A DNA stretch of 64,000 bases from an uncultured delta proteobacterium (GTDB lineage: Bacteria; Desulfobacterota; Desulfuromonadia; Geobacterales; DSM-12255): the NCBI GenBank assembly GCA_963787125.1, contig CAWBBV010000018.1, positions 15,188 through 79,187 on the forward strand, written 5' to 3'. Positions 61,240-64,000 of the stretch are shown piece after piece (position 1 is the first letter of the stretch; every line of letters starts with the position of its first letter). The translations under genes and the position numbers were made by a program. The notes beneath the pieces were generated by a model. That model searched no databases, had not been told where the DNA came from, and saw only the letters and a list, made by a program, of their open reading frames with translations.

Positions 61240-61321
61240 CAGCGCAAGCATGCAATTAGTTTGACCTCGTTATCACCCAGGTTATCCGACTTTCCATTTG
61301 TTGTATTCCTTTTATTTTTCT

Positions 61322-61370
61322 GTCGAACGGGGTCGCGCAGTTGACCAGGTATCGAACTGCCCGGTTGGTA
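61322..61370 (-). repeat. possible heavily decayed attC site
   Basis: Minus strand TACCAAC...GCAGTT...AACTGC...GTTCGAC, followed by AT-rich RBS/ATG stub. Confidence 0.3.
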
Positions 61371-61469
61371 TCACCCATTTCATAAATTAGACTTCCTCCC
61401 TCAATTTAGTGCCTGTCCCCTTATTCCCCTTCAAAATATCTCGTGCCAAACACTGAAAAATACGAGAGT

Positions 61470-61757
61470 TTACCAATCGCTTGAAATATTAAGGAAACCT
61501 CTTTCCATACTACGCTTATCCCGCAACGCCGTTTCAGTGAACGGCACGGCAACGGCAACCATGTCCGCGTCCCGATAGCGGGGTGTCGATCTGGGCCGTC
61601 TGTCCACGATGATCTCAGCCGTTGTAAGGTTGTCCCCTGTCCGCTCATCATATCGGTACCGGACACAAACCAGCGCTGCCCCAAATCTGGTCACCAGTCG
61701 CTGTGTCCCCTTCTGTCCGGGCTTCAGGTGGCTATACGCCTTCATATCCTTCAGCAT
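61470..61757 (-). pseudogene. conserved hypothetical protein (KPGQKGT...LVCVRYRYD family), apparently 3'-truncated
   Basis: GGAGG RBS; GC-rich coding style switches abruptly to AT-rich sequence near 61515. Confidence 0.55.
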
Positions 61758-62049
61758 GACTTTCCTCCATTATCAATGGATTGCTCTCCAGTCATATTCC
61801 CTTGGCGGATTCCAGAATCACGTCACAAAAAAACATATTACCTTGAGTTTATCGCGCCAGCTATTTTTGTTTCCATGAAAACCGTTTACTTCGGCGCGCC
61901 GAAGTAAGCTTAACTCTCTGATATCACATTAAAACAGCACCTTGCATTTTCAGTAAGCCAGCAGTTATTTTCCGACTCGCTTACGCTTTGAACAGCTTCA
62001 TTTTTGCAGGGACTCAAAACTCCCCAAACCCCGCGCCCGACTAAATATG

Positions 62050-62094
62050 AAAAAAACCGCTCCACCAGCGGAAGCTGACAAGGAGCGGCTTTTT
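62050..62094. terminator. bidirectional intrinsic terminator, 5' exon target of the IIC intron
   Basis: A-run, CCGCTCC...CAGC-GGAA-GCTG...GGAGCGG, T-run; ends 6 nt before the intron. Confidence 0.75.
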
Positions 62095-62100
62095 CTTAGT

Positions 62101-64000
62101 GTACGCCCGTCATGGGCGTGAACTTATGGGGTGCAAGTCCCCTGTACGGTGAATCCAACACTGTCGCGAGACAGCGTAAACCAAGTACTAGCCGAAGGCA
62201 AGGGCGTCTCCGCGAGGAGGGGTCTGGAGGAAGCCGGAGCGCAAAGCTATGAGCCGACGAACAGAAACAGCATACAAGGCCATCATCCGGGCAAGTCAGC
62301 ACAACATGACGAAGTCCCATGGGTTCAGGAGAAATGGTAAATGCTGCGGTTGTGTAGCCACAGTTCACGTTCTTATCCGGGGAGATCTGTCCGAATTGCC
62401 GTTCCAGATACGTGGGGCTGCGCTCTGCATGGCAACATGCCGGGTATCGGACAGAAGTCAGCAGAAGCCATAGTAGGCGCGAGACGTTGCCGCAAGCGAT
62501 CCGGCAACTGGAAACAAGCCCGGCAGAGTCCGGGAAGCCTTACCCCGCCGAAGGGCCGAACGAAGAAAGGGGAGTAGCACCAATGAGCTTTCATGACATA
62601 AAGAACCCGTCCGGGGGAATGCCTATGGAGCGCGTCATTGATCAGCCAACCCCTGAGCAGCACCTACTGGAGCGGATACTCTCCAGTGCGAACATGGAGC
62701 AAGCGTGGAAACGGGTCAAAGCCAATAAGGGCGCACCCGGCGTCGATGGCATCACCATCGAACAATTCCCCGACCATACCCGTTCTCACTGGAACACTAT
62801 TCGCGAATCGCTAATGACAGGCAGTTACCAACCTTTGCCGGTAAAGCGGGTAGAGATTCCCAAAGCAACGGGTGGAACCCGTCCGCTGGGGATACCCACT
62901 GTACTTGACCGGCTGATCCAACAGTCCATTGCCCAAGTGTTGACACCGATCTTCGATCCGGACTTCTCCGCATCGAGCTTCGGTTTCCGTCCCCGTCGGT
63001 CAGCAAAAGATGCTGTCCGAAAGGTGCGGGAGTACATCCAGCAGGGATACCGGATTGCCGTGGATATTGACCTTGCCAAGTTCTTCGACACGGTCAACCA
63101 TGATCTGCTCATGCACCTTGTGAGCAAGAAAGTTCACGACAAGCGGGTACTAGCCCTGATCGGCACGTACTTACGGGCAGGTGTAAAGGTAAACGGGCGT
63201 CTTGAAAAGACCAGACTGGGTGTTCCCCAGGGTGGCCCCCTCTCGCCGCTTCTTGCCAATATCCTGCTCGACACACTGGACAAAGAACTTGAGAAACGCG
63301 GTCACAAGTTCGTCCGCTATGCAGACGACTTCGTCATCCTCGTCAAAAGCCAGCGCGCCGGCGACCGGGTAATGGAAGGGATGAAAACCTTCCTGACCAG
63401 CAAACTCAAGCTTAACGTCAATGAAACCAAGAGTGCGGTAGCAAGAACATCCCGCATCGACTTCCTTGGTTTTATCTTCAGTGGCACCCGCATCATCTGG
63501 TCTGACAAGGCATACAAGGAATTCAGACGCCGCGTCAAACAGTATACCGGAAGAAGCTGGCGGGTCTCCATGAAGTACCGGTTGTATAAACTGGCTCAAT
63601 ATCTCCGTGGCTGGATGGGGTACTTCGGAATATCGGAGTATTACCGTGAAATTCCGGAAATAGACGGTTGGATAAGGCGCAGGATACGGCTCTGTTACTG
63701 GAAACAGTGGCGCTGGTGTCGTACCAAGATCAAGAATCTACTGGCACTTGGTACGCAACTTGGCACCGCCATCCGAGCGGGCCTGAATAGAAGCGGCCCG
63801 TGGGCGATGTCCCGAAGATTGGCTGCTCATACCGGTTTGACCAACAAATGTCTGAAGGATCAAGGCTTATTATCTGTCAAAGAACTGTGGGTGAAGCTTC
63901 ACTACCCGGCTACGGCCCGGTAATTCTATCGAACCGCCGGATGCGGACCCGCATGTCCGGTGGTGTGGGGGCTGGGGGAGAAAAACCCCCGGCTACCCGA
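62101..64000 (+). mobile_element. group II intron, class C (IIC); final nucleotide lies just beyond the window
   Basis: 5' GTACGCCCGTCATGGG; domain V GAACCGCCGGATGCGGACCCGCATGTCCGGTGGTG with CGC triad; domain VI ending GGCTACCCGA; inserted after a terminator. Confidence 0.93.
62583..63923 (+). CDS. ltrA: group II intron reverse transcriptase/maturase (no endonuclease domain)
   Basis: NKGAPGVDG, RPLGIPTVLDR, GVPQGGPLSPLL, RYADD, X domain LRGWMGYF. Confidence 0.95.
   Translation: MSFHDIKNPSGGMPMERVIDQPTPEQHLLERILSSANMEQAWKRVKANKGAPGVDGITIEQFPDHTRSHWNTIRESLMTGSYQPLPVKRVEIPKATGGTRPLGIPTVLDRLIQQSIAQVLTPIFDPDFSASSFGFRPRRSAKDAVRKVREYIQQGYRIAVDIDLAKFFDTVNHDLLMHLVSKKVHDKRVLALIGTYLRAGVKVNGRLEKTRLGVPQGGPLSPLLANILLDTLDKELEKRGHKFVRYADDFVILVKSQRAGDRVMEGMKTFLTSKLKLNVNETKSAVARTSRIDFLGFIFSGTRIIWSDKAYKEFRRRVKQYTGRSWRVSMKYRLYKLAQYLRGWMGYFGISEYYREIPEIDGWIRRRIRLCYWKQWRWCRTKIKNLLALGTQLGTAIRAGLNRSGPWAMSRRLAAHTGLTNKCLKDQGLLSVKELWVKLHYPATAR

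Noticed and set aside
62583..63923. RT as retron, DGR or CRISPR-associated reverse transcriptase
   Set aside because: Embedded in recognisable group II intron domains with a maturase X domain; no msr/msd, TR/VR pair or cas genes

Overview
Bacterial chromosomal segment, most likely Geobacteraceae/Desulfuromonadia judging by gene order and a short Geobacter-type pilin (inference). Core block 1 (1-9.9 kb): ABC permease, short pilin, pheA-tyrA-aroA-cmk-ispH-rpsA-ihfB and tRNA-Leu(TAA). An accessory region of ~34 kb follows. It holds a second IHF-beta, a sulfatase module (FadL-type porin, two Cys-type sulfatases, DUF1254/1214 protein, anaerobic sulfatase maturase coupled to a PPIase-less trigger-factor paralogue, second porin, HAD phosphatase, octaheme-HEAT-TPR cytochrome), a class D beta-lactamase between decayed attC remnants, a two-component trio, a frameshifting DDE IS with a 10-bp target duplication, an amber-interrupted carbonic anhydrase, two MscS genes and pqiA-A-B-C. 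Core block 2 (46-59 kb): phosphomutase, nifU-nifS, DHH, rph-rdgB, tRNA-Pro, tRNA-Arg, tex, a U32-family gene paired with a class II DAHP synthase, moaA and MOSC. The last 5 kb is a decayed integrase-less integron-like cassette array with two disarmed toxin-antitoxin modules and a scar of an attC-targeting group IIC intron, followed by a near-complete group IIC intron. Best candidates for undescribed biology: the maturase/trigger-factor/sulfatase operon, the U32 + DAHP synthase pair, and the relic cassette array. Family calls come from motifs read by eye; no searches were run.
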